A DNA stretch of 64,000 bases from Candidatus Saccharimonadia bacterium (GTDB lineage: Bacteria > Patescibacteriota > Saccharimonadia > CAILAD01 > BJGX01), in contig JBCLLP010000001.1 of assembly GCA_039738615.1 (NCBI GenBank), forward strand, positions 3,573-67,572. The letters are read 5' to 3'. The stretch's first letter is position 1. Each line of letters starts with the position of its first letter. Positions 29,512-39,542 of the stretch are shown here, piece by piece. Below the pieces are notes generated by a model. It saw nothing but the letters and a program-made list of their open reading frames with translations. It was not told where the DNA came from and did not search any database. The position numbers were made by a program, and so were the translations under genes.

Positions 29512-30756
29512 TTAGATATCTACGAGCTGGTGCTTTTTAAGTGTCCTGAACTGATATAATCCAAAAACTCCTATCATAACTCCGGCAAATATCATCACTG
29601 ACCCTGGGCTTATAAGGTCAGCCGTTATGCCAGCTAGTAGCACAGGTAGTGAAGCAGCTAAATTCATCATCATATTGAGTGTGCCAAATATCTTCCCCCG
29701 CTCCTCATCAGAGGAATGTAGCTGAAGTAGTGTCTGAGCCGAGACTCCCACCAAGGCGTTGGCAAAGCCTAGCCCAAAAGCTAGTGCTACTACTATGTAG
29801 GTGTAGAAAGGCAGGCCACTCAAACTACCTACTAGCCCCATCCCCACAAGGGATGTGACTGACAAAATTATACCAGCATTAATAAGCTTGGCTTTATGGG
29901 TATTACGAAATACCTGCCCAACCAATATCGCACCCACCACCATACCAGCAGCGGCTGGCACTATCAGCTTATAGCTAACATTTGCTAGGCTCTGATGGTA
30001 GAGTACCACCGCTAACCCAGGGGCAACTACAGCTATAATACCGACCATCATCTGCCCAATAGCAAGATTGCCTATGGGGAATAGCAAGCCCGGAGTGCGC
30101 CATATTTTGTTAGTGGTTTGCCGAATAGTAATAAACACCTGATGATTGATACTAGCAAAATCCAAACCTTTCTGCATGGCACTAAGCCTTGGCAGACCAG
30201 AACTTAGTAGTGCCGATACAACAAACGCCAATGATGTCACCCAATATACCGAATTAGGCCCCCAAGTAGAAATAATTGGGCCAGCCAGGCTATAGCCCAT
30301 AATAAAAGAGCTATACAGCGTAAGTAAGAACAGCGAATTGGCTGCTACGAGCTCGGTTTTTTTGACAAGACGAGGCAATGCAGCCGCCTCGGCCGGAGTG
30401 AAGAACTGCGAAAATATTGAGATAGCAAAGACCGTAAGATAGACAAATATAAGATTGGTCTCAAACAATAAAAAGAATAACACCAGTACAGCCCTAACTA
30501 TATTAGTTACTACTAGTACCTTTTTGCGGTCTAGGTGATCCACATAAGCCCCAGCCAAAACCGCAAATATTATGGATGGTACTCCAAATGCCAGTATTAG
30601 CAAGCTAACTGCTATATTGGCATATTGGGTGGTGGCTGATAGCTCAAACACTCTAATAATCAAAGCAAAATTTAACAAATTGGCGGCTAGCTGTGAAAAC
30701 AGCTGGGCCAGCCAGATTTTTAAGAAATTACGATTGGTTAAAAGTGTCTTGTACAT
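29512..30756 (-). CDS. MFS transporter
   Basis: There are 12 predicted TM helices. The D-R/K motif is present in loop 2-3, as in GAYVDHLDRKKVLV. Confidence 0.7.
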   Translation of the reverse strand: MYKTLLTNRNFLKIWLAQLFSQLAANLLNFALIIRVFELSATTQYANIAVSLLILAFGVPSIIFAVLAGAYVDHLDRKKVLVVTNIVRAVLVLFFLLFETNLIFVYLTVFAISIFSQFFTPAEAAALPRLVKKTELVAANSLFLLTLYSSFIMGYSLAGPIISTWGPNSVYWVTSLAFVVSALLSSGLPRLSAMQKGLDFASINHQVFITIRQTTNKIWRTPGLLFPIGNLAIGQMMVGIIAVVAPGLAVVLYHQSLANVSYKLIVPAAAGMVVGAILVGQVFRNTHKAKLINAGIILSVTSLVGMGLVGSLSGLPFYTYIVVALAFGLGFANALVGVSAQTLLQLHSSDEERGKIFGTLNMMMNLAASLPVLLAGITADLISPGSVMIFAGVMIGVFGLYQFRTLKKHQLVDI

Positions 30757-30980
30757 AAATAAAAGTATACTCCATATAATTCTACCACTATCATAGCAAA
30801 TTTATATCAACCTTCACTAGCTATCCAGCGGCTTATCATAACGGCACGGCCAACTTTTCAAAAGTATTCTAGTGGGATTAAATGGCCGCCGTTTTTATAT
30901 ATCTCAAAATAAAAAGTATATAGCGTTATGTAGTGCCTTATTGTGGAAATAATGTAATAATAGACTAAAGTAAGTTTGTT

Positions 30981-32009
30981 ATGAAAAAAACCTACACCAT
31001 CAATGTAATATCTGATAGCGCCTTTAGCGTACAGGGCCATGGCGTACATACTGCCTACACCGAGCATTTGGCAGGACTCAAAAAGTATTCTCCAGAGTTT
31101 GAGGTTCATACCAATCAAAAAAACTTCAAGGCAGACATTATCCATATTCATACCGTTGGGCTGTATGGCCTACGATTCCTGCTCTCCAGGGGAAGCCTAA
31201 TATTTGTCTCAGCTCATGTGGTTCCAGATTCATTTATTGGAAGCTTGGTTGGCGCAAAATATTGGTACCCATTGGCAAAAATGTATCTCAGATGGTTTTA
31301 TAATCGTGCCGATGGTGTGTTTGCTGTAAGCCATGAAGTCCAGGACCAGCTCAAAAAAATGAATGTTACTAAGCCAACCTATGTGGTGCCGAATATGATC
31401 GAAACATCCGACTTTACCAATTCTCCAGATAAAAAAGCAGCCGCAAGAAAGCTACTGGGTATAGGCAAAGACAAATTCGTGGTGGTCTGTAATGGGCAAG
31501 TACAGCCTCGTAAGCGAGTTGATAGCTTTATGGCCTGCGCCAAGAAGCTACCTGAAATGGAGTTTATTTGGGTTGGGGGCATTCCCTTTAAACACGCTGC
31601 TGCAAACTATTCCCAAATGCAAAAATTAATGGAAAATGCCCCGCCAAATGTTCATTTTACAGGGGTTATAGAACACAAGGATGTTTTTGCCTACTACCAA
31701 GCCTCAGACCTATTCTTCCTACCGTCAGAGCAAGAGACTTTTGGGATTGTAATAATCGAAGGTGCTGCTGCTGGGCTACCCGTGCTATTGCGCGACAACG
31801 AGCAATACCATATAACATTTAAGAACTGGTACGAGGAAGCCGCCAGCGATGAAGGCTTCGAGAAAGTCATTAAAAAGCTATCAACCGACAAGACTTACTA
31901 CCTGCAGGCTCAAAAGCGGGCCGAGCATATTGTCTTGGCCTATGACACCAGGACAGTAATGAAAAAAATAAAGAAAATATACCTAAGCTACTTAGGTAAA
32001 AAGAAATGA
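30981..32009 (+). CDS. Glycosyltransferase family 4 (GT-B, group 1)
   Basis: The C-terminal EQETFGIVIIEGAAAGLPV block is the E-X7-E-like GT4 motif. Confidence 0.7.
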   Translation: MKKTYTINVISDSAFSVQGHGVHTAYTEHLAGLKKYSPEFEVHTNQKNFKADIIHIHTVGLYGLRFLLSRGSLIFVSAHVVPDSFIGSLVGAKYWYPLAKMYLRWFYNRADGVFAVSHEVQDQLKKMNVTKPTYVVPNMIETSDFTNSPDKKAAARKLLGIGKDKFVVVCNGQVQPRKRVDSFMACAKKLPEMEFIWVGGIPFKHAAANYSQMQKLMENAPPNVHFTGVIEHKDVFAYYQASDLFFLPSEQETFGIVIIEGAAAGLPVLLRDNEQYHITFKNWYEEAASDEGFEKVIKKLSTDKTYYLQAQKRAEHIVLAYDTRTVMKKIKKIYLSYLGKKK

Positions 32010-33241
32010 AAATTGGCTTTTTTACAGATAGATTCTACCCCCAAGTAGATGGTGTGGCCGTATCCACCAATTTGTTTGCGCGCGAGCTTATTCGCCAGGG
32101 CCACGAAGTAATAATATTTTGCCCAGACTCTCCCCTAAGGTCCAAAAAAGAACCCAGCTACATAGTCCGCTTTAGGTCATTTCCGAGTATCTGGTATGAG
32201 CACCACCGTGACACGATACCTTTTACGCCGGCCATTATCAGAAAAGTTCGATCATACAATCTTGATATTATTCATATCCAAACCCCAGCTCAAATAGGTA
32301 TCTTGGGTATGCGAATCGCTAAGGAGAGTGATATTCCAATCGTGGTTACCCACCACACCGACATTGCCCAGTACATTTATGTTTATAAAAAAATTATGGT
32401 AGGGATTCTAATGGGTATAGTAATCACTCCTGCACTAATGAAAACACCTGATAAATATAAAGAGCTTTTGCCAAGCCTCAAGCCCAATAAATCACTTAAA
32501 AAATGGAATCGTAATTTAATCCTAGAAAGCGTTGGGCTGTTTTATAAAAACTGTAATCTTGTGATAGTACCATCACAGAAAATGAAAGATTCTCTGAAGG
32601 AATACGGCAAGCTCGATAATGTTCATATCCTACCTACCGGTATTGACCCAGCGGAGTCAAAGATAACCAGTGACTTTGAGCCGAGGGATTTCTTTGGGAT
32701 TACTGATAACGCACCACTGCTAATATTCGTTGGCAGGCTTGGTAAAGAAAAGAATATCCAGCTAATAATTAGCAGTATGCCTAGAATACTCAAGCCAAGC
32801 CCCACCACCAAACTATTAATTGTTGGAGATGGCCCATACCACCAGGAACTAGTTGAGCTTACCGAGCGCCAAGGCGTGAGTAATAGCGTAATATTTGCTG
32901 GGGTGCTTGGTAGAGAAAAAGTATATAAATGCCTAAAGGCTGCTGATATATTCTGCTTTGCATCCACTACTGACACCCAGGGTCTAGTGCTAAACGAGGC
33001 TGCCATTGAATCATTGCCTGTGGTATTTTTAGATGATCAAATATCCCCTCTAGCCCAAGATAAAATCACCGGTATAATGTCTAAAAATACCCCAGTAAGC
33101 TTTAGTAAGGCCTGCCTAAAACTTATTCATAGCCCCCAACTTGCCAAGCATTATGGTGCTAAGGCCAAGCAGCTAGTTCTTCAGATATCCATCCAAAAGC
33201 AAACCCAAAAACTCATTAAGCTCTACCTAGAACTTCTCTAG
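32006..33241 (+). CDS. Glycosyltransferase family 4 (GT-B, group 1)
   Basis: GT4-like N- and C-domains are present, with the C-terminal block TQGLVLNEAAIESLPVV. It overlaps the upstream GT by 4 nt. Confidence 0.7.
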   Translation: MKIGFFTDRFYPQVDGVAVSTNLFARELIRQGHEVIIFCPDSPLRSKKEPSYIVRFRSFPSIWYEHHRDTIPFTPAIIRKVRSYNLDIIHIQTPAQIGILGMRIAKESDIPIVVTHHTDIAQYIYVYKKIMVGILMGIVITPALMKTPDKYKELLPSLKPNKSLKKWNRNLILESVGLFYKNCNLVIVPSQKMKDSLKEYGKLDNVHILPTGIDPAESKITSDFEPRDFFGITDNAPLLIFVGRLGKEKNIQLIISSMPRILKPSPTTKLLIVGDGPYHQELVELTERQGVSNSVIFAGVLGREKVYKCLKAADIFCFASTTDTQGLVLNEAAIESLPVVFLDDQISPLAQDKITGIMSKNTPVSFSKACLKLIHSPQLAKHYGAKAKQLVLQISIQKQTQKLIKLYLELL

Positions 33242-33283
33242 AATATATAGTATAAGAACCTAAATCTTGCTAACATAAGAACT

Positions 33284-34399
33284 ATGAATACAGATGATGC
33301 AAAATTCAAGTCAGCGCGCAATTTTCATAAAGCTCCCCTGCGTCCCCCAAAAACGTCAAAAACTGCATTTAATGATTCTTTTAATGACTATGTAGTCTGT
33401 GAAATCAGCACAGAAGTAATTAGCCCTAGCGATGCTTGGCAATGCAAGCCCCTATTGCTAGAAATTAATGGTATTGAAACAGAGATAAGACGTGACTACC
33501 TGTTTGATGAATATGTCATTATATCTCCCGGCAGGGGGAAACGCCACTATGACACTAAAAGGAACCGCCACCCGCTGATCGAGACTGCTGATAGCCCTAG
33601 GATAGATCTTGAAAAGGAAGTTTATAGTATAACCCAAGACCACCACTGGCTTGTGAAGGTGGTAGAGAACAGATTTTCGGCACTAACCACCAATAATCCC
33701 AAGGCCTATGGCAAGCAGGAGCTAGTCCTAGATACTCCCCTGGCCAATAAATCTTTTGCCTCTCTGCCAATCGCACAGATAGAAAATGTATTAAATGCTT
33801 ACCAAGCTAGAATTACCAAGCTACTTGCGCTCAATAATATTGCCTATGTCTTAATTTTTAGAAATGATGGCTTTGAAGCTGGGGCTAGCTTGGCCCACGC
33901 CCACAGCCAGATATTCGCCCTGCCAATAGTACCCAAGCGCTTTATGGAGCACTCCAAGCATATTGAAGAATACTTTATGGACAAGAAGAAAGAGCCCATA
34001 GAAGACATTATCCACTTCGAGAAAACCCATAAGAAGCGAGTGGTTGCCGAAGACCAACATTTTATTGCTATTTGCCCCTATGCCTCTCAATACCCTTTTG
34101 AGGTCTGGCTGATTCCCAAGCAACACGCCACTAGCTTTAGTGAGTTTAATAAAGCCCAGATTAAAGCATGCTCTAAACATTTAAAATATCTCACCTCCAA
34201 GCTTACCGACGCCCAAATCAGCTATAACTTTTTTATTGAGAATGGCGTAAGCCCGCACTACCGATGCATAATTAAGATCTATGGTAGAAGCAGTATATGG
34301 GGTGGCTTTGAAGTAGCCACAGGGATGATTATAAACACCGTACCTCCAGAATCAGCCGCTAGCTGGTACAAAAGCACCGACCGTAAATCACAGCTTTAG
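33284..34399 (+). CDS. Galactose-1-phosphate uridylyltransferase (GalT)-like HIT-superfamily nucleotidyltransferase
   Basis: The HAHSQ block corresponds to the GalT HxHxQ active-site motif, preceded by FRNDGFEAGAS. Confidence 0.55.
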   Translation: MNTDDAKFKSARNFHKAPLRPPKTSKTAFNDSFNDYVVCEISTEVISPSDAWQCKPLLLEINGIETEIRRDYLFDEYVIISPGRGKRHYDTKRNRHPLIETADSPRIDLEKEVYSITQDHHWLVKVVENRFSALTTNNPKAYGKQELVLDTPLANKSFASLPIAQIENVLNAYQARITKLLALNNIAYVLIFRNDGFEAGASLAHAHSQIFALPIVPKRFMEHSKHIEEYFMDKKKEPIEDIIHFEKTHKKRVVAEDQHFIAICPYASQYPFEVWLIPKQHATSFSEFNKAQIKACSKHLKYLTSKLTDAQISYNFFIENGVSPHYRCIIKIYGRSSIWGGFEVATGMIINTVPPESAASWYKSTDRKSQL

Positions 34400-34661
34400 G
34401 TGTTATAATATACCCATCCTAGCTCTCGCGGAGCTCTGGTTATCATTATGCGCCCGTAGTGATGTAAAAACCCAGGAAGGGTACAAACCTGGCTACAGAT
34501 GAGCCCGTTTGCAGAAAATGTTCTTATGGAGATGGGCACCCACTCCAGCCATCATGGCATAAGTTATGTGTACACATAAATAAAAATCCTCATACCATCA
34601 AATTGATTTAGGCGCCAAGCCTCCACCAGTCAGGCAATAATCAATCATCAAATAGCCCCCT

Positions 34662-34700
34662 GCCCTTCTCATTTCATCAAGTGAGGAGGGCTTTTATTTT
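34662..34700 (+). terminator. Rho-independent terminator
   Basis: Stem GCCCTTCTCA / TGAGGAGGGC followed by TTTTATTTT. It lies about 265 nt downstream of the GalT-like stop and just upstream of the comM-like promoter. Confidence 0.6.
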
Positions 34701-34762
34701 GATTACACTTGCTTTTCGGTTTTTGTTTGTATAATATGGTATAGAACAAAGGGGGTTAAATT

Positions 34763-36259
34763 ATGTTAGCTAAAGTAAATACCATTTCAAATATCGGCCT
34801 AGAATGCAATTTAATAGAAGTGGAAACAGATATGAGCAATGGATTGCCGAGCTTTATTATTATTGGCTTAGTCAGTAAGGCTGTCGAGGAGGCCAAAGAA
34901 AGAGTCCGCTCTGCTATCAAGAATTCTAATCTTAATCTTCCGCCCAGGAGGATTACTATCAATCTAGCCCCTGCCAACCTACCCAAAAATGGCTCTTGCT
35001 TTGATTTAGCTATGGCCGTTAGCCTGCTGTGGTCAAGTAAGCAGATAAGTACTGTTGCTGGCTCTACCGGCTTTCTTGGCGAGTTAGGGCTAGATGGTAC
35101 GACTAGAGCAATTCCTGGCGCCCTAGCTGCTGCTCAGGCCTGCCAGGACAATCACATCACCGACCTCTACATCTCTGCCGAGGTGGCTAGCCAGGCCGCT
35201 CTAGTTAGGGGTATTAATGTTTATCCCGTCAAATCATTATTTGAGCTATATCAGCACCTTATTGGCGAAAAGCTCATAACTCCCCTACTACCAACTAGAG
35301 TTAGCTCATCACAAGCCATCGCCGAGATAAATCTATCGGAGGTTTATGGCCAGCAACAAGCCAAGCGAGCAATCGAAATATCAGCTAGTGGTAATCATAA
35401 TATACTTATGAGCGGCCCTCCTGGATCTGGCAAATCAATGCTAGCTAAAGCTCTGGTAGGCCTACTGCCTCCACCAGACTACTCTGAGGTCCTTGAAATT
35501 ACTAAAATACACAGTATTTCTGGTCAATCAAGCGAAGAAATTATGACCACTAGACCATACAGGAGCCCCCACCACACAGCCAGCAATATCGCTCTAATTG
35601 GTGGTGGGCAGTGGCCAAAACCAGGCGAAATAAGCATGGCCCACAGAGGCGTACTATTCCTAGATGAGCTTCCAGAGTTTAGCAGGAACACACTAGAGGT
35701 GTTAAGGCAGCCCCTAGAAGAGGGTAAGGTCACTATATCTCGAGCGACCTCTTCGCAGTGCTACCCTGCTAAGTTCCTATTGGTAGCAGCCCAGAACCCC
35801 TGCCCTTGTGGCTATGCTGGCGACCAGGATGTGAACTGTAGCTGTACTCCATCACAGGTTCAGCGCTACTCTAGCAAGGTTTCAGGGCCCCTGCTAGATA
35901 GGCTAGATCTAGTAGTTAATGTTGAAAGGGTCAAAAAATCCCAGCTACTAGAGGCCAGCTCTGCTGAATCCACCTCAGATGTTCGCAAAAGAGTACTCAA
36001 AGCCCGCAAACTTCAATCCACTAGGTTCGCAGATGAGGCAATAAATACCAATAACGAAATGAGTAATAAACAAATAAAAAAATTCTGTCAGTTAGATGAG
36101 CAAGCTATTGCTCTGCTAGACCAAGCCATTAACAACCTAAAGCTCTCGGCTAGAGCATATATGAGAATATTAAAAGTCGGGCGTACCATCGCCGATCTTG
36201 ATAGTACAAGCACTATTGAGTCAAAACATATTGCCGAGGCCCTACAATATAGGCACTAG
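34763..36259 (+). CDS. comM: YifB/ComM family Mg-chelatase-like AAA+ ATPase
   Basis: An N-terminal Lon-like domain is followed by Walker A GPPGSGKS and Walker B VLFLDE, then a C-terminal ChlI-like region. A GGGGT RBS sits before the ATG. Confidence 0.85.
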   Translation: MLAKVNTISNIGLECNLIEVETDMSNGLPSFIIIGLVSKAVEEAKERVRSAIKNSNLNLPPRRITINLAPANLPKNGSCFDLAMAVSLLWSSKQISTVAGSTGFLGELGLDGTTRAIPGALAAAQACQDNHITDLYISAEVASQAALVRGINVYPVKSLFELYQHLIGEKLITPLLPTRVSSSQAIAEINLSEVYGQQQAKRAIEISASGNHNILMSGPPGSGKSMLAKALVGLLPPPDYSEVLEITKIHSISGQSSEEIMTTRPYRSPHHTASNIALIGGGQWPKPGEISMAHRGVLFLDELPEFSRNTLEVLRQPLEEGKVTISRATSSQCYPAKFLLVAAQNPCPCGYAGDQDVNCSCTPSQVQRYSSKVSGPLLDRLDLVVNVERVKKSQLLEASSAESTSDVRKRVLKARKLQSTRFADEAINTNNEMSNKQIKKFCQLDEQAIALLDQAINNLKLSARAYMRILKVGRTIADLDSTSTIESKHIAEALQYRH

Positions 36260-36263
36260 GCTA

Positions 36264-36575
36264 TTAATTATTTATTTTGATGAAGCCATAAACAGAGTTA
36301 GCCACACCCAGATTGGACATCAGTAAGGCAATCGCAATAAATGCCATAATAATTATGCCCAGCAATAGTAAGCTAAACCTTACATCTGATATTACCAGCT
36401 TATTCTGAGTATTCGTCACTGGCGTATTTTCTATTTTTTTAGGCTCTTTAGCCTCTATTTTAGAAATAGTAGAGGGCTTATTACCATTAGTTGTATTTTT
36501 TACTACACTACTATTTTGCTTACGTAATTTTTTGGTATACTTACTGTGTTTGTGACGTTTCTTGCGTTTTGCCAT
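36264..36575 (-). CDS. Hypothetical small protein: Lys/Arg-rich N-terminus and one C-terminal TM helix
   Basis: ORF only. It is convergent with comM. Confidence 0.3.
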   Translation of the reverse strand: MAKRKKRHKHSKYTKKLRKQNSSVVKNTTNGNKPSTISKIEAKEPKKIENTPVTNTQNKLVISDVRFSLLLLGIIIMAFIAIALLMSNLGVANSVYGFIKINN

Positions 36576-36678
36576 TACTTTGCAGTCTCCTGTTTAGATA
36601 CATTGTAGTCCCCTTGCCCCAATTTGCCAAGCTCTCTATACCAATCTATAATACAATATAATCAAAGAATTATATATT

Positions 36679-37143
36679 ATGGAATTCATATTATTACTAC
36701 TTTTATTTATCACCAGCTCACTAGCAGGCTATACTTTATGGCAACAAATTCTTCTCAAAAAAAAGTATGGGCAATTCCTTAAAGGGGCTGACGCCAAGCA
36801 AATAGAAGTAGCTCTCAAAAAATATACTGCTAGCGTAGATAGCTCATTATCACAATTAGATGAGCTGGCTGGGTTTGTCGCAAAACTTCACAAGACTCAG
36901 CGATTAGCTTTTTCTAGGACAGGCCTAGTACGGTATAACCCCTTTGGGGATACGGGCGGAGACCAAAGCTTTTGCTTGGCACTACTTGATAATACCAATA
37001 GTGGATTTGTTATATCAGCAGTTCATGCCCGCTCGGGTACAAGAGTCTATGCAAAGGATGTATTTGAGGGTAAATCAACACATAATACCTCTCAAGAAGA
37101 AGACCGCGCTATTAGCCAGGCTTCCGAGCATAGGAAAAAATAA
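36679..37143 (+). CDS. DUF4446-like membrane-anchored protein (tentative)
   Basis: An N-terminal TM helix is followed by an RYNPFGDTGGDQSFCLALLD block resembling DUF4446. Confidence 0.4.
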   Translation: MEFILLLLLFITSSLAGYTLWQQILLKKKYGQFLKGADAKQIEVALKKYTASVDSSLSQLDELAGFVAKLHKTQRLAFSRTGLVRYNPFGDTGGDQSFCLALLDNTNSGFVISAVHARSGTRVYAKDVFEGKSTHNTSQEEDRAISQASEHRKK

Positions 37144-37146
37144 CCA

Positions 37147-37509
37147 ATGTTTAGAAAGAGCCAAAAAGGACATATATCGGAGCTAGTGGCGTACTCAGGC
37201 TTCTACATTGGGCCAGAAATCGAAGCAAATGGGCAAATAAATACTGATGAAGATGTATATATTGATGGCAAATTTACAGGAGAAATATCTACAGAAGGTG
37301 TAGTTGAACTAGGCAAAAATGCTATCTTTAGGGGTGCCATTAAGGCTCGCTCAGTAATCCTAGAAGGCCAGGCAAAGGCAGAGATTAACGCAACGGAAAG
37401 TATAGTGATATCTGGCTGTGGCCAGCTAATAGGCTCGGCCGTATCAAAAAATATCAGTGTTGATAGTGGAGCACTACTCAAGGCAGATCTTACTGCGGGG
37501 TCCTCATAG
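37147..37509 (+). CDS. Bactofilin-family polymer-forming cytoskeletal protein
   Basis: Repetitive beta-helix-type segments (DVYIDGKFTGEIS, VVELGKNAIFRGAIKA, SVILEGQAKAEINA) are typical of bactofilin/CcmA. Confidence 0.5.
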   Translation: MFRKSQKGHISELVAYSGFYIGPEIEANGQINTDEDVYIDGKFTGEISTEGVVELGKNAIFRGAIKARSVILEGQAKAEINATESIVISGCGQLIGSAVSKNISVDSGALLKADLTAGSS

Positions 37510-37511
37510 CA

Positions 37512-38300
37512 ATGTATTTATATCTTAAAAATACCAATACCCTACTCGATGATGATACTACCGTTAAGATAGTAGATGAGCTCACAAGGAATCACATTGC
37601 TGCCGAAATTAAGAGTTTTGAATCGGAGGCTAAGCTCATTAGCATACTCTCCACTATTAGCAAATCTAGCACCAACACCTTAGTAATGATTGGCAATAAA
37701 CAGGACTTTGAAACTCTTATCGGGCAAGCAGGCCTAGTTGATAGTGGCATAGCTATTGGGTTTTTAGACATAAATAAGTTCAAAAAGGGCCCTAAAATAA
37801 TCTCCCACGACTGGCAACAACAGATAGAGGCACTAGCCCATAGGCGTATTAAAGAAACAACCGTGTATTCAATAGGATCTAGGTACTTTCTTGATAATAT
37901 TTCACTCACCTTTGGACCAAGTAGTAAGCCAAAGCCAATACTCGTAACCGTTGACGAAGTTTTAGATATTCATCTGCCTATTTGCCAGCTAGAATTCCAA
38001 AACAACACCCTTGATAGCTTCCAAATCACAAAACCAATACACCTTAGTGCTACTTCAGTATCAGATAATAAACCCCCCCAATCCAATGATTTATTAGGCG
38101 GGCTAATTCGCCGGATATCTTCGCCAAATACTAATGTTAATAAGCAGCTCACTAGCCTCTATGGCAAATCCTACCTCATCGAGGCTAATACCAAAATCAC
38201 CGACAATCTCAACCGAGAATACAAAAATAGTTTTTATATAGGAAAAACGAGCAAAAAGATACGGCTCGTTTCCCAAAAAGCTAGCAAACGGGACGAGTAA
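37512..38300 (+). CDS. Hypothetical protein
   Basis: ORF with no recognisable motif. It is tightly packed in an operon with the bactofilin-like gene. Confidence 0.4.
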   Translation: MYLYLKNTNTLLDDDTTVKIVDELTRNHIAAEIKSFESEAKLISILSTISKSSTNTLVMIGNKQDFETLIGQAGLVDSGIAIGFLDINKFKKGPKIISHDWQQQIEALAHRRIKETTVYSIGSRYFLDNISLTFGPSSKPKPILVTVDEVLDIHLPICQLEFQNNTLDSFQITKPIHLSATSVSDNKPPQSNDLLGGLIRRISSPNTNVNKQLTSLYGKSYLIEANTKITDNLNREYKNSFYIGKTSKKIRLVSQKASKRDE

Positions 38301-38322
38301 CCCTTTTAGCTCGCTCTCGGAC

Positions 38323-38964
38323 TTGTCAAGCAACAGCTTTCATGTTAATATTATTCGGAGCTTTTATGGAGATATATCAATAAAAAAACGACTTCGTCTT
38401 AATCATCAGATATCGGCATCTACCGTTAGACTACTCGATGCTGAATCGAAACAGATTGGGGTTGTGCCAATATCCGAGGCATTAAATATCGCCAAAGATC
38501 AAGGCTATGATTTAGCAGAAATATCTCCTGATGCGGATCCACCTGTGTGTAAGCTACTAGATTGGGGTAAGTACCAATACGAGCAAGCCAAGCAGGATGC
38601 CAAGAACCGTAAAAAGCAGCGCAATATCGAGGTCAAGCAAGTTCGGATGGGCCTTAAGATAGGCCAGCACGACATCGAAGTAAAGCAGAGAGCCACCATT
38701 AAGTTCCTCGAGGCTGGCAATAAAGTTAAACTAACCGCCAGATTCAAGGGTCGCGAGATGGCTCGCCCCGATATTGGGCAGGCTGTACTGATGAAGTTTT
38801 TTGAAGGCTTGTCAGATATAGCAATAATCGAACAAAACCCAATAATGACAGGCCGCGATATGTCCCTAGTGATAAATCTAGCCAAACAAGCGGTCATTAA
38901 GCCCAAACTACCAGAAGTAAAGGACAAGGACAAGGACAAAGACAATGCCAAAGATAAAGACTAG
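38323..38964 (+). CDS. infC: Translation initiation factor IF-3; start uncertain and probably non-AUG downstream of the first ATG
   Basis: IF3 N- and C-domains are present (VRLLDAESKQIGVVPISEALNIAKDQGYDLAEISPDADPPVCKLLDWGKYQYE, then VKQVRMGLKIGQHDIEVKQ...). About 25 N-terminal residues look like non-coding extension. There is a KDKDKD low-complexity tail. Confidence 0.8.
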   Translation: MSSNSFHVNIIRSFYGDISIKKRLRLNHQISASTVRLLDAESKQIGVVPISEALNIAKDQGYDLAEISPDADPPVCKLLDWGKYQYEQAKQDAKNRKKQRNIEVKQVRMGLKIGQHDIEVKQRATIKFLEAGNKVKLTARFKGREMARPDIGQAVLMKFFEGLSDIAIIEQNPIMTGRDMSLVINLAKQAVIKPKLPEVKDKDKDKDNAKDKD

Positions 38965-39139
38965 TAAAACAACAGCTAAAAGATTCAAAATTACCGCCAC
39001 CGGCAAAATTATGCGCCGCAAGGCTACCCGTGGGCACCGCAAAACCATTAAGTCCGCATCCCGTAAGCGAGCTTATAGTATCGAGCACCCTGCTTCGACA
39101 TCTGATGTAAAAAATATTAAAAAAGCCCTAGGAATCTAA
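38945..39139 (+). CDS. rpmI: 50S ribosomal protein L35
   Basis: [27 protein letters not shown] matches L35. It overlaps the infC 3' end. Confidence 0.9.
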   Translation: MPKIKTSKTTAKRFKITATGKIMRRKATRGHRKTIKSASRKRAYSIEHPASTSDVKNIKKALGI

Positions 39140-39140
39140 T

Positions 39141-39482
39141 ATGAGAGTTAAAAGAGGCGTAAGCACCCACAAAAGACATAAGAAAATTATAAAACTAACC
39201 AAGGGTTACTCTAAAATCCGCAGAAGCTCTTATCGTAAGGCCAATGAAGCCGTAATTAAGGCTCTAAGCTATCAGTACCGCGATAGACGCAACAAAAAGC
39301 GCGACTTTAGAAGCTTATGGATTACAAGAATTTCAGCTGCTGCTAAACAAAACGGCATGAGCTACTCTAGCCTAATAGCTGGGCTCAAGAAAGCAAATAT
39401 TGGTCTCAATCGTAAAGTCCTAGCCGAGCTAGCTGTAAGCCAACCTAAAGCCTTTAGCGAAATAGTCAAGCTAGCCAAGTAA
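39141..39482 (+). CDS. rplT: 50S ribosomal protein L20
   Basis: [23 protein letters not shown] matches L20 and completes the infC-rpmI-rplT operon. Confidence 0.9.
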   Translation: MRVKRGVSTHKRHKKIIKLTKGYSKIRRSSYRKANEAVIKALSYQYRDRRNKKRDFRSLWITRISAAAKQNGMSYSSLIAGLKKANIGLNRKVLAELAVSQPKAFSEIVKLAK

Positions 39483-39491
39483 ATATTCATT

Positions 39492-39530
39492 AAAAAAGAC
39501 CCTTGCTTGTTGCCAGAAGGGTCTTTTTTA
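39492..39530. terminator. Bidirectional rho-independent terminator between rplT and the convergent ABC operon
   Basis: AAAAAAGACCCTT ... AAGGGTCTTTTTT forms a perfect 8-bp GC-containing stem flanked by A and T runs. Confidence 0.75.
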
Positions 39531-39542
39531 ATACTGATGAAC

